A stretch of 64,000 nt of DNA from Dictyostelium discoideum (taxonomy: Eukaryota), in NCBI GenBank assembly GCA_000004695.1, contig CM000154.2:4480001-4544000 (forward strand), written 5' to 3'. A program made the translations under genes and the position numbers. Every line of letters begins with the position of its first letter. Position 1 is the first letter of the stretch. This document shows positions 12,843-38,149 of the stretch, piece after piece. The notes under the pieces were generated by a model, which saw nothing but the letters and a program-made list of their open reading frames with translations, searched no databases and was not told where the DNA came from.

Positions 12843-13171
12843 TTTTTTTTTTTTTTACACTTTTATATATGTTTCTATTTTTTTTTTTTTTTTTTTTTTT
12901 ATTATTATTATTCTTCTTATTATTTTTATTATTATTAAATTTATTATTATTATTATTATTATATACAAAATGAAAAAAAAAAAAATTAAAAATAATCAAA
13001 AAAAATGAAAAAAAAAAAAAAAAATGAAATAAAAAAAAAAAAAAATGAAATTAAAAAAAAGATTTTTAATTTAGCAAAAATAAAAGATGAGTCATTCTAT
13101 TTTTTTTATTTTTATTTTTTTATTGTTTATTAATAATTTAAATTATTTAAAAAAAATCCGAAGAAAAGAAA

Positions 13172-13213
<42 letters not shown>

Positions 13214-13411
13214 AGAGTGAGAAAAAAATTCATATTTATTGTATATTTATTATTAGGGTTATTAACCTTATAGTAATAAATCACTATTTTTTTTTTTTTG
13301 TTTTTTTTTATTTATTTTTTTTTTTTTAAACAATTAATTTTATTTCTAAAAAAAAAAATTAAAGTATGGTACCAAGAATGCAAACTAAATTTTTTTTTTT
13401 TTTTTCTTTAT

Positions 13412-13454
<43 letters not shown>

Positions 13455-13656
13455 GTTTAAATTGTGGTAAGAAATAAAAATACCACTCGGCATTTTTTTT
13501 CATTTTTTATTTTTTTTTTGAAAGGGGTTAAAAAAATAAAAAAAATAAAATAAAATTTTGTAAAAATAAAAAAGGGGCCACCCTTTAAAATCATCACTTT
13601 TTTTTTAAAATTTTTTTTTTTTATTTTTTTTTATTTTTTTATTGCGAAAAACACAA

Positions 13657-13694
<38 letters not shown>

Positions 13695-14152
13695 CAGAAA
13701 ATTTAAGTGTTTTGTTTATTTTATTTATTTTATTTATTAATATACTTTTTTTAAAAAAAAAAAAAACAAAAAAAAAAAAAAACACCCAAAATTCCTAAAA
13801 AAGGTAAATAAAAATAATAATAATAATAATAAAAAGATAAAAAACAAGAAAAAAACAACTGGAAATCAGTCCGTTTTTACACTTTTTTTTTTTTTATTTC
13901 TTTCTTTCGAAGAACAATTATTTTTTATTTTTTTTTTTTTTTTAACTATTTAATAATAATGTTTAAAACAAAACAAAAAAAACAAAAAAAAAAAAAACAA
14001 AAAAAACAAAAAATAAACAAAATAATTATTCCTGTTTGATAACGAAATACGGCACTACACTTTAAAGAGCACTCTAAATCAACCAGGTTTTTTGAAAGTT
14101 TTTTCATATTTTTTAATTTTTCAATTTTCAATTTTTTTTTTTTTTTGTTGCC

Positions 14153-14186
<34 letters not shown>

Positions 14187-14356
14187 CACTAAAATTATTT
14201 TTATTAATATTAATACCAAAATTAAAAAAAAAAATTCATTTACATCTGAAAAATCAGTTTTTAGATTAGATTTTTAGTTTTTTTTAGAATTTTTTTTTTT
14301 TTTTTTTTTTAGAATCTTTTTTTTTTTTTTTTTTTTTCCAAATTAGACACGTATAA

Positions 14357-17035
<2,679 letters not shown>

Positions 17036-17204
17036 GGCAAAATTATAGCTCAAATAATAAATCCACCATTTTCCATTCCTCATCATCACCATCATCACCA
17101 CTCTCTTCCCACTCCTACTCCTACTCCTCCCTCTCCTCCTCTTTTTCTTTTTTTAGTTATTGCCAATGGTAATTTTATCAAAAGTAAAATAAGAACCTGG
17201 GAAG

Positions 17205-17238
<34 letters not shown>

Positions 17239-17686
17239 AAAGTGCAAAAAAAAAAAAAAAAAAAGTGAAAAAAGAAAAAGAAAAAAAAAAAAGGTAAAAA
17301 AAAAAAAACAAAAAAAAAAAAAACACACACAATCCATCAACCAACAAAACCTCAGATTATTATTTCTTTCCTCCCTTTTGAAAAAAGTAGTTTTCTCCTT
17401 TTTTTTTTTTTTTTTTTTCTTTTAATGTGGCAAATAAAATTTTATTTTTAAGACATAATATATAACATGTTATTTTATTTTCTTATTTTTTTTTTTTTTT
17501 TTTTTTTTTTTCAGAATGGTAAAAGTAAAATTCTGCAAAAATTATTTTACTTTTTTTTTTTTTTTATTTAAAAAATTAGAAAATATCTAGTAAAAATCAA
17601 CTTTTTTGTCCTTTCGTTTTTTTATTTTTACTTTTTTGTATTATATTTTTTTTTATATTTTTTTTTTTTTAATAGTGATAAAAATA

Positions 17687-17742
<56 letters not shown>

Positions 17743-18014
17743 ATGAGTGATAAGAAAAATATTAAATAATATTACTTTATTTTATTTTATTATTTTATAT
17801 TTTATTTTATTTTATTTTATTTTATTTTAATTGAACTTGTAAAATAATTGATATTGAAAACCCCAAATTAATAGTTCTGTTGGTATGCTTGGACAATAAC
17901 ACTGAAAGAATCTGATTGCTTACATTATTAGTTTACGTACGAATATAAAAAGACTCTATTTTTAGCAGCAGTTAAAAAAGTTTTTTTTTTTTTTTTCTAT
18001 CCAAAACCGTTAAA

Positions 18015-18052
<38 letters not shown>

Positions 18053-18886
18053 TTTTTTTTGTTTTTAGAAAAGTAAATAATATTAATAACGGTTTTCATA
18101 TTTTTTTTTTTTTTTTTTTTTTTTATAAAAATTATAAAATTAAATAATAAATTTATTATAATATAATTATATTTGGTTGGACCCATTAAAAAAAAAAAAA
18201 AAAAAAAAAAAGAGGAATAAAAAATTTTATAAATCTAGATTTGGATTTCATTTTTTTTTTTTTTAATTATTTTTTTTAATTTTCTTTTTTTTTTTTTTTA
18301 TTTTTTTTTTTACACATATTTGATATAGATATATATATATAATACACAACAAAGTTTTATTCATTGTGCAAATATCAAATCAATTTCAAGTCATTGTTGG
18401 AAATAATATTATTAACAACAATAATAATAATAATTAATAACAATAATACTAATATTAAAATAACAACAATAAAATAGCAAGGTAATTCATCAAATAAAAT
18501 GGAAATTTTTTTTTTTTTTTTTTTTTGATATATGAAAAAAAAAAAGTTTATTATTTATTCCATTATTATTTTCTCACTATAAAAACATTGTTTTTCATTT
18601 AAATAATATAACTAATAAAGGCTAACAACACAATGTCATCATTAACATCATCACCATATCATCATTTTATTTTTAACAATAATTTTGTAATCTAAAATTT
18701 TTGAAAAATAAAATATAAATAATAATTTGAAAAAAAAAAAAAAAATAAAAATAATAAAGGAATGGTTTATTAAAATAAACATTTCTTTCCATATTGTGTG
18801 AGCCTATAAATGAATTGTTTTTTTAAAAAAATAAAAAAAATAATAAAAAAAATAAAAATAATAAAAATAATAAAAATAATAAATAA

Positions 18887-18925
<39 letters not shown>

Positions 18926-19747
18926 TAAATATATTTTTATATATATAAAAATAACTTACGTTAAAATTCCACACTCACTCAAACCCACACATATTTACAC
19001 CCACTTCGCTCACCTAAATAAATAAAGATTTATTGTGTGGCAGTTTATTTTTAATTTTTTTTTTTTTTTTAATTTTTTTTAATTTTTTTTTTTTTTTTTT
19101 TTTAATAATTTCATTTAAATTTACTATCACAAAATAAAAAAAAAATAAAAAAAAAATAATAATTAAAAAAAAAAAAGAAAAAAAAAAAAAACAATCAATT
19201 TATTTTAATTAAAATAAAAAATAAACACATAATAAAATTTTAATTAATATAAAAAATATATATAACTACATAAATCCATTTTAGAAATAATAAATAACTT
19301 ATTTATATAAAAAAGTTAAAAATATCACATACTAATAATAACTCTTTTCCAAAAAAAAAAAAAATAAAAAAAAAAATAAAAAAAAAAAATATATTTTTTT
19401 TATTTTTGTCCAATACTTGATCAAATTTTTTTTTTTCATAAAAAAAAAAAAAAAAAAATCATATTTTTTTATTTTTTTTTTTTGCTTGTTTTCGAAATTA
19501 TCAGTACCAAAATCCAGTTATCAATAAAAATAAAACAAAAATACGATAAAGAACCAACAAAAAAAATTTTTTTTTTTAAAAAAAAAAAAAAAAATCAAAA
19601 ATTAAAAATTAAAATCATAATAAAACCGTCAACAACCAATAATAATAATAAGAATAAAATATTATAATAATAATAATAATAAAAATATAATAATATAAAT
19701 TTTATTTTTTATTTTTTTTTTAATTTATAAATTTTATAAAAAATAAA

Positions 19748-21978
19748 ATGAAATCTATATTAAAGAAAGCAAAACATTTCTTTCACACCAATGAAACAGT
19801 AAATGGAGAAAATGGTGGTGAAAAAACAGCAAAAGAGAGTGAAAGTCAACAACACCACCAACAACAACAACAACATGATGAAAATGGTGCAAACCCACCA
19901 GACCAAGGAGTTGATGAAGCATCAAATGTATCACAATCTCAACCAACTACATCAGCATTACAAACTTCAACCTCATTACAACCATCATCATCATTACATC
20001 AAATTCCTCAATCACAATCTAGCTTAGAATTAACAACTAATCCAACACAACAACTACCAACAACACCAACCAAACAATTACCAACACCACCACCACCACA
20101 ACAACCACATTCACAACAACAACAACAACAACAACAACAATCACAGTCACAATTAAATAATAATGATATTAGTATAAGTACAAATACAAATAATACAACA
20201 AATAATACAAATAATAATAATAATATAGATTCAACACTAACAACACCAGTACCATCATCAGAGAATTTGGCAACATTATCAACATCAACAACTAGTGAAC
20301 AACAACCAAACTCTCAACCAACACCAAATAATACAAATACAACAACTTCACCACCACCATCATCAGCTTCAACTTCAAATTTATCAACATCAACTACTAC
20401 AACTACCACAACAACTACAACTACAACAGCAGCAGCAAATGAAAATACAAATACAACACAAGAACAAACTGTATCACCAAATAAACCACCACAACCACCA
20501 AATGCATTATCACAATCAACAACATCATCATCAACATCATCAACATCATTATTAAGTAGTACATTTTCTAAATTTAAAATTAAACTTGGTAGCGGTTCAA
20601 CAAAGAATAAAGATTCATCATCAGCACCAGGAACACCACATATAAATAATAATAATAATACTGTATCATCATCAAATAAAAATAGATCAACCCTAGTTAT
20701 AACACCAGGATCTGTAAATAATAATAATAACAACCAAAACAATCATAAAAATAATAATACAACACCAGATCACCCTCCAGAAGAACAAAAACCAGTTGAA
20801 AAGGAAGTGATTACAATTGCAACATTGGCAGATTTCCCTGAAGATTGTCAAAAGTTAATAAGAATATCTGGAATTCCAGAAGAGAAATTAATTAAAAATA
20901 TTCAAATTTTAGCATACGTTTTACATTTTAGAACGGGTAGATTCTTTAAATTGGTTGACGAACCACCAAGAGAACCCAGAAAGAAATTTGTATCTGAAAG
21001 ATTTAATGATGGTGAAAAGTTACTTGAACCTGTTGAACCAGCTTTACTAAAGAAAATGTATAAAGATTCTGATCAAGTTGGTAAAGGGTAAGTTTAAAGA
21101 ATTCTTTAATATTTTTATTAAAAAAGTATTTATATATTAATTTTTATTATTTTTTTTATTATTTTTTTTTTAGTGGTTTTGGTACAGTTTATTTTGCAAA
21201 AAGTACAAAAGAAAAAAGATTAGTTGCAATTAAAAAGATGCCACATGTTACAAAGAGACAACAACAACAAAATTTTAGAGAGGCAGCAATTTTAGCAAAA
21301 TGTGATCATCCAAATATCGTAAAATTACATACATGTCATATTGATAAGGATAGTAATCTATGGATAGTTATGGAGTTTATGGAGGGTGGTACATTTGAGG
21401 AGGCAGCAAAGGCATGGAAATTCAATGAGAATAATTTAGCATACGTGGCAAAAGAGTTGTTGAAAGGGTTACAATATTTACACGAAAATCATATGGTTCA
21501 TAGGGATTTGAAGAGTGCAAATATTATGATGAGCGTTGAGGGTAAGGTCAAGTTAATCGATTTCGGTCTATGTGAAGACGTTGCCACCTCGACACCAATG
21601 CATATGGTGGGTTCACCATTTTGGATGGCACCAGAGATGATTCAACAAAAATATCATTCAACTCCTGTCGATATTTGGAGTTTTGCAATCTCTCTTTTGG
21701 AAATGGCAAATCAACGTCCACCAATGATGGAATCTGCCGTAAAAGCAATGTTTACTGTGGCCACCGATGGTGCTACCGGTTTCGATGATCCTGCACTTTG
21801 GTCTGATTGTTTCAAGGATTTCCTATCACTTTGTTTAAAACAAGATCCAGCTGAACGTGCTACTGCCGAAGAACTTTTAAAACATCCTTTCATTAAAAAA
21901 GCTGATTCAAGAGATAATATGGAAAATATACTTAAAAAGATTTTCCTTACAAATTCTTTAATGAATTCTGGTTTCTAA
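19748..21978 (+). CDS. STE20-family serine/threonine protein kinase with long low-complexity (Q/T/N/S-rich) N-terminus; 2 exons 19748..21087 and 21174..21978; about 714 aa
   Basis: The glycine loop is split by the intron (GKG|GFGTVYFAKS; donor GG|GTAAGT, acceptor TTTTTAG|T, phase 2). Kinase motifs: VAIKK, HRDLKSANIMM, DFG, GSPFWMAPE (STE20 signature). Confidence 0.8.
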
Positions 21979-22020
21979 AAATAAAAAAAAACAAAAAAAA
22001 AAAAAAAACCAAGAAAAAGA

Positions 22021-22057
<37 letters not shown>

Positions 22058-22109
22058 CTAAAAAGAAAATAAGAATTAGAAAAAAAAAAAAAAAAAAAAA
22101 TTTAATTGG

Positions 22110-22150
<41 letters not shown>

Positions 22151-22664
22151 TATCTATATCCTTTTGGAATTTATAAATTATTTGTTCATTTTATTGTAAA
22201 TTATGGAATGAAGATATTTTTTTAATTTTTCCAAGTTAATCACTTAAATGTAATACCATATCCAAAATAATAAATAAAAAAACAGAAACAAAAAAAAAAA
22301 AAGTAAATTAATAATAATAATAATAGTAACAGTAATATATATTATTCATTTAAAATTGTCTAGTATAAAAATAAATAATATTAAATAAACAAAAAATAAT
22401 TCTAAAAAAACTATTTTTAAATTTTCTTTTTTTTTTTTTTTTTTTTTTTCAATTATTTTAATTAATTCTTTTTTTTTTTTTTTTTTTTTTTGATTTTATT
22501 CATTCTTTTTTATTTTTGGGTTGTAATAGTTTTATTTACAATTGGAAGATGTTTAATATGAATGTATAAACGTAATATTAAACCGTCCATTTTTTTTTTT
22601 TGTCATTAAAAAATAATTTTTGTCGTTGTTTTTGTTGTTGTTTTTATAATTATTATTAAATGAT

Positions 22665-22910
22665 TTATTCAACAACTAATTTATTTGTTGAATACATTGA
22701 ATTGATAAATGCTTGTCTTTTGACCATTTCTAAATTTTTAAGAGCATCTTGAATTAATTCTTTTGTTTCGTTTTGGTCTTTATTTTTATTTTCTCTAAAA
22801 CCAACAGATACTCTACGTAAGGAGTATTCTCTAAAATTATAGCTTGAAAACTTTTTTGATTCTCTTACTAATGAACGATATAAATGTAAAACTACTGATT
22901 TTTGTGACAT
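22665..22910 (-). CDS. LYR-motif protein 4 (ISD11/LYRM4 homolog; Fe-S cluster assembly cofactor), single exon, 81 aa
   Basis: Translation MSQKSVVLHLYRSLVRESKKFSSYNFREYSLRRVSVGFRENKN... matches the LYRM4 pattern (L-Y-R motif, RESKKFSSYNFREY, FRENK). Confidence 0.75.
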   Translation of the reverse strand: MSQKSVVLHLYRSLVRESKKFSSYNFREYSLRRVSVGFRENKNKDQNETKELIQDALKNLEMVKRQAFINSMYSTNKLVVE

Positions 22911-22936
22911 TCTTGTTGTTAAAACGTTTTAGTTGA

Positions 22937-22970
<34 letters not shown>

Positions 22971-22992
22971 AAAAATCTGAAAAAAAAAAAAA

Positions 22993-23038
<46 letters not shown>

Positions 23039-23175
23039 ATTTTCAAAAAAAGAACATTAATTTGTTGGCAAAAGAACAAAGTTCGTTTTAATTTAAATTG
23101 ATTAAAATTTTTTAATACCTCATCTTATCTTATTATTATATTTTTTTAATGGGTTGTTTAATTGAAAATCAATTT

Positions 23176-23271
23176 TTTATTTTATTTTATTTTATTTTAT
23201 TTTATTTTATTTTATTTTATTTTATTTTATTTTATTTTATTTTATTTTATATTATTTTATTTTATTTTATT
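23176..23271. repeat. (ATTTT)n pentanucleotide microsatellite, about 19 units
   Basis: Directly visible tandem ATTTT units with one interruption. Confidence 0.95.
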
Positions 23272-24172
23272 AACCTTTGTCGGAAAAAAATAAACAATTC
23301 GGTACCGAATAATTACTATCTAAATTAAAAAATTATTAATGTATAGTAATCATTATTTTTTTTATTATTTTTTTTTTTTTTTTTGTTGATATTTTTTTAA
23401 ACCATCCATTAATCAATAAAATTTGATGATAACGAAAGAAAAAAAAAAAAAAAAAAAATTATTTTGAAATAATTTACTAATTTTTTTTTTTTTAAAAGTA
23501 ATCTTTTATTTTTTACAATACACAAATTATTATAAAATTAGATTTTATTATTTTGTGAAAGCCTCAAATTAAGGGAACACCAATTCCATTTTTTTTCTTT
23601 TTAATTAAAAGAAAATATCTTTTTTTATTTCTCATTTTTTAATTTTTTTTTATAATCAAACCTATTTTTTTTTTTGATCAAAATAAAAATCATTTTTTTT
23701 TAATTATTTTTTATTTTACGGTTACTTTCAAATATAAATAACATGTCAGAAGATTTATACTCAGAGCTTATCGCTTCGCAAGTAGGTATAATTAATAATA
23801 ATAATATTTTTTTAATTTTATTTAATTTTTGAAAAAAAAAAAAATTTCTATAAATTTTAAAAAAAGGTTAGGGGTGGAAATTTATAAATTTATTCTATAA
23901 ACAATATTGAATTACTTATTAATTTTTTTATTATTATTTAATTTTTTTTATTTTCCACCCCAAATTATTTTTAAAATTAATCTTATTTTTTTAAGTTCAA
24001 TTACATTAAACAATTTTTTTTTTTAATTTTTTTTTTTTTTTTTTCTTTTTTTTTTTTAAATTTCTCAATTTTAATAATCAAATTTTTTTTTTTCTATTTT
24101 TTTTTTTTAATTTTCAGATTTATTTTTATAATTTTTTGATAAATAAAAAAACAAAAAAAAAAAAAAAGGAAA

Positions 24173-24181
24173 ATGATTTCA

Positions 24182-24275
<94 letters not shown>

Positions 24276-24779
24276 TTAAAACTGATGATAATAATAGGTG
24301 TTCTCTTCATCCAACACAAGATTTTATTTTTTTATGTCAAGAATGCGAATTAATTCCATGTTGCTCACATTGTATAGCTATTAGTACAGAAGATAATGAT
24401 CATTCTGGTCATAAAGTTGATATTTTATTAGAGCCAATACTACATGAATTATTTGATAATTTCAATGGTGAAGTATACCCAAGGGTGAATGAAAAACTTG
24501 AAATGTGTAAATCATTATTAAATGAATCAAATAATAAATTTAATCAAATTAAAGTTAATTATGATAATAGTGTAATTTTATTAAAGGACAAATTCCAAGA
24601 GTTTCTAAATTTAATTCGAGTTTTAGAGAGATCAATTCAAAATACTTTGAAAACCACCTACGAGAAAGATATAGAAACTTGTGAAAATATTTCATCCCTA
24701 TTAAATAATAATATTGAAATTCTCACTAAAATTTTAAAAAGTAAAGAAATTTTAAATACTAATGAAATTGAAAATCATG

Positions 24780-24830
<51 letters not shown>

Positions 24831-26552
24831 GAGATAAAACAAAAGAAATACTTAAACAATATCAACTTTCATTATTACACACAAAAAAAGATATTGGTAG
24901 TATTGTAAATAATAGTTTTAAGGACTATAAAAATATAACACTGTTATTCAATGATTCTAGAATTTCTGATATTAAAGAATCTTTAAAATTGATTCATTCA
25001 TTTGAAAATCCAAATGAAAATCCAAATGAAAATCAAATTGAAAATCAAATTGAAAATAAAATTGATGAAATTTCTAAAATTATTTATAAAGAAATTAAAT
25101 TAAAAGAAGAAAAAGAAAAGGAAGAAAAGGAAGAAAAGGAAGAAAAGGAAGAAAAGGAAGAAAAAGTAGAAAATGATGAAAAAGAAGAAAAACAAGATAA
25201 AGAAAAAGAAATAGAAAAAGAAGAACAAATAATAAAATTATATGAAAAAGATCATATAGATAATAATGAAAAAGAAAAAAAATTAAAATTTAAAGAAGAA
25301 ACATTGTATAAAAAAGAAGATTTATTTAATGTTAATGAAATTGAAAATAATGAAACAACATTAGAAAATTTTAAAGTTGGTGATAATAATTTATTTATCT
25401 CTTTTGAAGAAATTAAAAAAAATGAAAAAGAAAATGAAAATATTGGAGAAAAAGAAGAAATTTATGGGAATGGGTTAGTTAGTATTGATATTAAAGAAAT
25501 TGAAGAATCTTCAAATCAAATTATAAATAATAATTATAATTTTAAAACTGATATTAATAATTATCCATATATTCCATGTAAGTTATTAATTTTAATTTTT
25601 TAATAATTTATTCTAAAAACTAAAATAAAAAATTTAACTTTTTGCTTTATTTTTTATTTATTTTATATATATTTTTTTTTTAGGGAGGGGAATTAAAATT
25701 TATATATTTTCAAAAGATAAACCATTCCCAAATAAGCCATATGAAAATTGTGGAATTGCATTTGGTAGTGATTGTGGTAATGTTTCAAAATTAAGCATTT
25801 TACCATCATTTCAGAGTGTTTTATTATTGAATGGATTTGATCAAAGTTTGAAACAAGGTGTAATACCAAATGGTGTAAAATCCATATTAATTCATGATAT
25901 TAAACAGCCATTATTTTCATATTCATTTCCACCATCTGTTGAAACTATAATATTTGGGAATGGTTTCAACCAAATGATAACACCAGGTGTGATCCCAGAA
26001 AAAGGTATTGCTACTCTTTTATTTGGTGATATAAAACAACCATTATTTGCAAAATCAATACCCAATGATATATGTTGTATTTCATTTGGTAATGGGTTCA
26101 ATCATTATTTATCACCAGATGTTATTCCAAATGGTATAACTTTTTTATTTTTACACGAAATTAAGAAACCCTTACAAAAAGGTTCAATTCCCTCAAAGAC
26201 TAAAAGTGTAATATTTGGTAATGGTTTCATTCATCCGTTAACACCTGGAATCATACCAGAGGGAGTAAGAGTCACTTATTTCAATGATATTAAAAAACCA
26301 TTAGTAAAAGGTTCAATTCCAAATACTGTTGAAAGTGTTATCATTGGTAGTGATTTCAATCAAACATTATCCATTGGGATCATTCCTTCCAGTGTAAAAA
26401 ATATAAGTTTTTTAGGTATTAAAAAACCATTAGATCATTTATCAATTCCTGAATCTGTTGAAACTGTACAAATAATTCATGGTTTAAAACATTTGTTAGA
26501 GCCTTGTAAACTATCCAAACACATTAAAATTATTGAATTAAAAAAAAAATAA
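24173..26552 (+). CDS. B-box zinc-finger / coiled-coil protein fused to C-terminal FNIP repeats; 2 exons 24173..25577 and 25684..26552; about 757 aa
   Basis: N-terminal poly-Asn, B-box-like CSLHPTQDFIFLCQECELIPCCSHC...H..H, acidic KEE repeats. Donor CCAT|GTAAGT (25578) and acceptor TTTTTTAG|GG (25683), phase 1. This joins in frame to the FNIP-repeat ORF 25827..26552 (repeated IPxxVxxLxFGxxFNQxL units). Confidence 0.7.
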
Positions 26553-26599
26553 ATTAATAGATAAAAAAATAAATCAATAATTAATAAAAAAGTAGTTAT

Positions 26600-27100
26600 A
26601 AAAGTTTTATTTTACCATCTCCTACCAAAGGTATATGGTCGATGCATATATTTCTATCAAGTTTTTGAAAAATTAAATAACCTATTAAATGACCTATTCT
26701 ACCATTACTGTCAGCAAATGGGTGAATGTAAAGAAACATTGAATAAAACTATAATGCAAAAACCACAGGAAGTATTGTTGAATTATTTTGCTAATTCTAT
26801 TAACTTTGATAATAGTGGTGAAACTTCTTGTATATATGTACGTGTAATAACCAGCATGCTATAATTGGAGGATCCTATACTAACATGATTTTTATAAACT
26901 AGTAATAATAGATGTTTACTAATTAGAAGAGTTATAAACTTTATTGGCTTATTAAGAATCGATAAATACTAATACAAATTTTGAGGGTTTTAGTATAAAT
27001 ATTTGTTAAGGAATTTTATACCATTTTCATCATCCATTTTGAGTGCACATTCTCAAGCGAAAACATTTGAGAAAAATAATAATTCCACATGGTCAGGGTA
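26600..27100 (-). pseudogene. Degenerate Fic (filamentation induced by cAMP / AMPylase) domain remnant
   Basis: The - strand reads FYSMFLYIHPFADSNGRIGHLIGYLIFQKLDRNICIDHIPLVGDGKIKLL*. It contains the Fic core motif HPFx(D/E)GNGRxxR as HPFADSNGRIGH, with the flanking hydrophobic pattern. Upstream frames are broken by stops and frameshifts. The region is coding-like (not AT-rich) but has no intact ORF. Confidence 0.4.
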
Positions 27101-27515
27101 TCCAATAAGTTTAATTTCGAAAATAAATGTGTAATGAAAAAAATAAATTACCAATATTAAAAAATTTAAAAGTTTAATTAATTGTTAATATTAAAACCTT
27201 GGTGTAATAGATATATAATTAGTAATTAATTAGTAATTATTATTGAAGCTAAATAATAATATTTAAAAATAGATTTATTATTATATTTTTTTTAAAATTT
27301 GAAATAGATCTATTTAAAAATGTAGATTTGAGTATTTAATATTCGTCAGAAAAATGTGGGTTAAAAAAAAAAAAAAACTAATTAGGGTAAATCTATAAAA
27401 ATGTAATAAATAAAAAACCCAATTTGGAGTTAAATTTTTCTTTGGATTCTTTCTATATTTTTTTAATTTTAAAATTTTAATATTAATTTAATTTTTATTA
27501 AGAAATAAAGAAAAA

Positions 27516-37670
<10,155 letters not shown>

Positions 37671-38149
37671 AATAAAAATTTAATAACATTTACTACCATT
37701 AATTTTTGTCTCTCGTGAATAATTTTTTTTTAACAACATTGTCAATGTTATTAGTGTTTATATGTAAAAAAAAATTATTCACCAATTTCAAAATCATTGG
37801 AGTTTTAAAAAGAACCTTTTTCATTAACATTTTAAAATAATAATAACCAAAAATACTATAAACAACAACCTCTATAATATTTTTTATTAATTTTTCTACT
37901 CAAATAACCATTATTTATTTAAATAATTATTATTAAAATATTTTAATTATAATTTAATCTAATTTATATTAACTTTTTAATAAAAAAAATAAAAAAAAAA
38001 TAAAAAAAAATTTTTATAATAAAAAATTAATATTAATTTAAAAATAAAGTAGTATTTTAACAAAAAGGATAATTGTTTTTTTTTAATTTAAAAAATTAAT
38101 AAAAAAAAGCGAAAATGCGTTTTTCACCTTGGGTTTAAAAACGCATGCT

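Noticed and set aside
17860-17880. DUSE-like ncRNA promoter element (ACCCCAAAT)
   Set aside because: It is an imperfect match to the [A/T]CCCA[C/T]AA consensus, and the spacing to the nearest complex sequence (~10 bp) is not the expected ~60 bp. It is kept only as a weak pointer in the long-intergenic finding.
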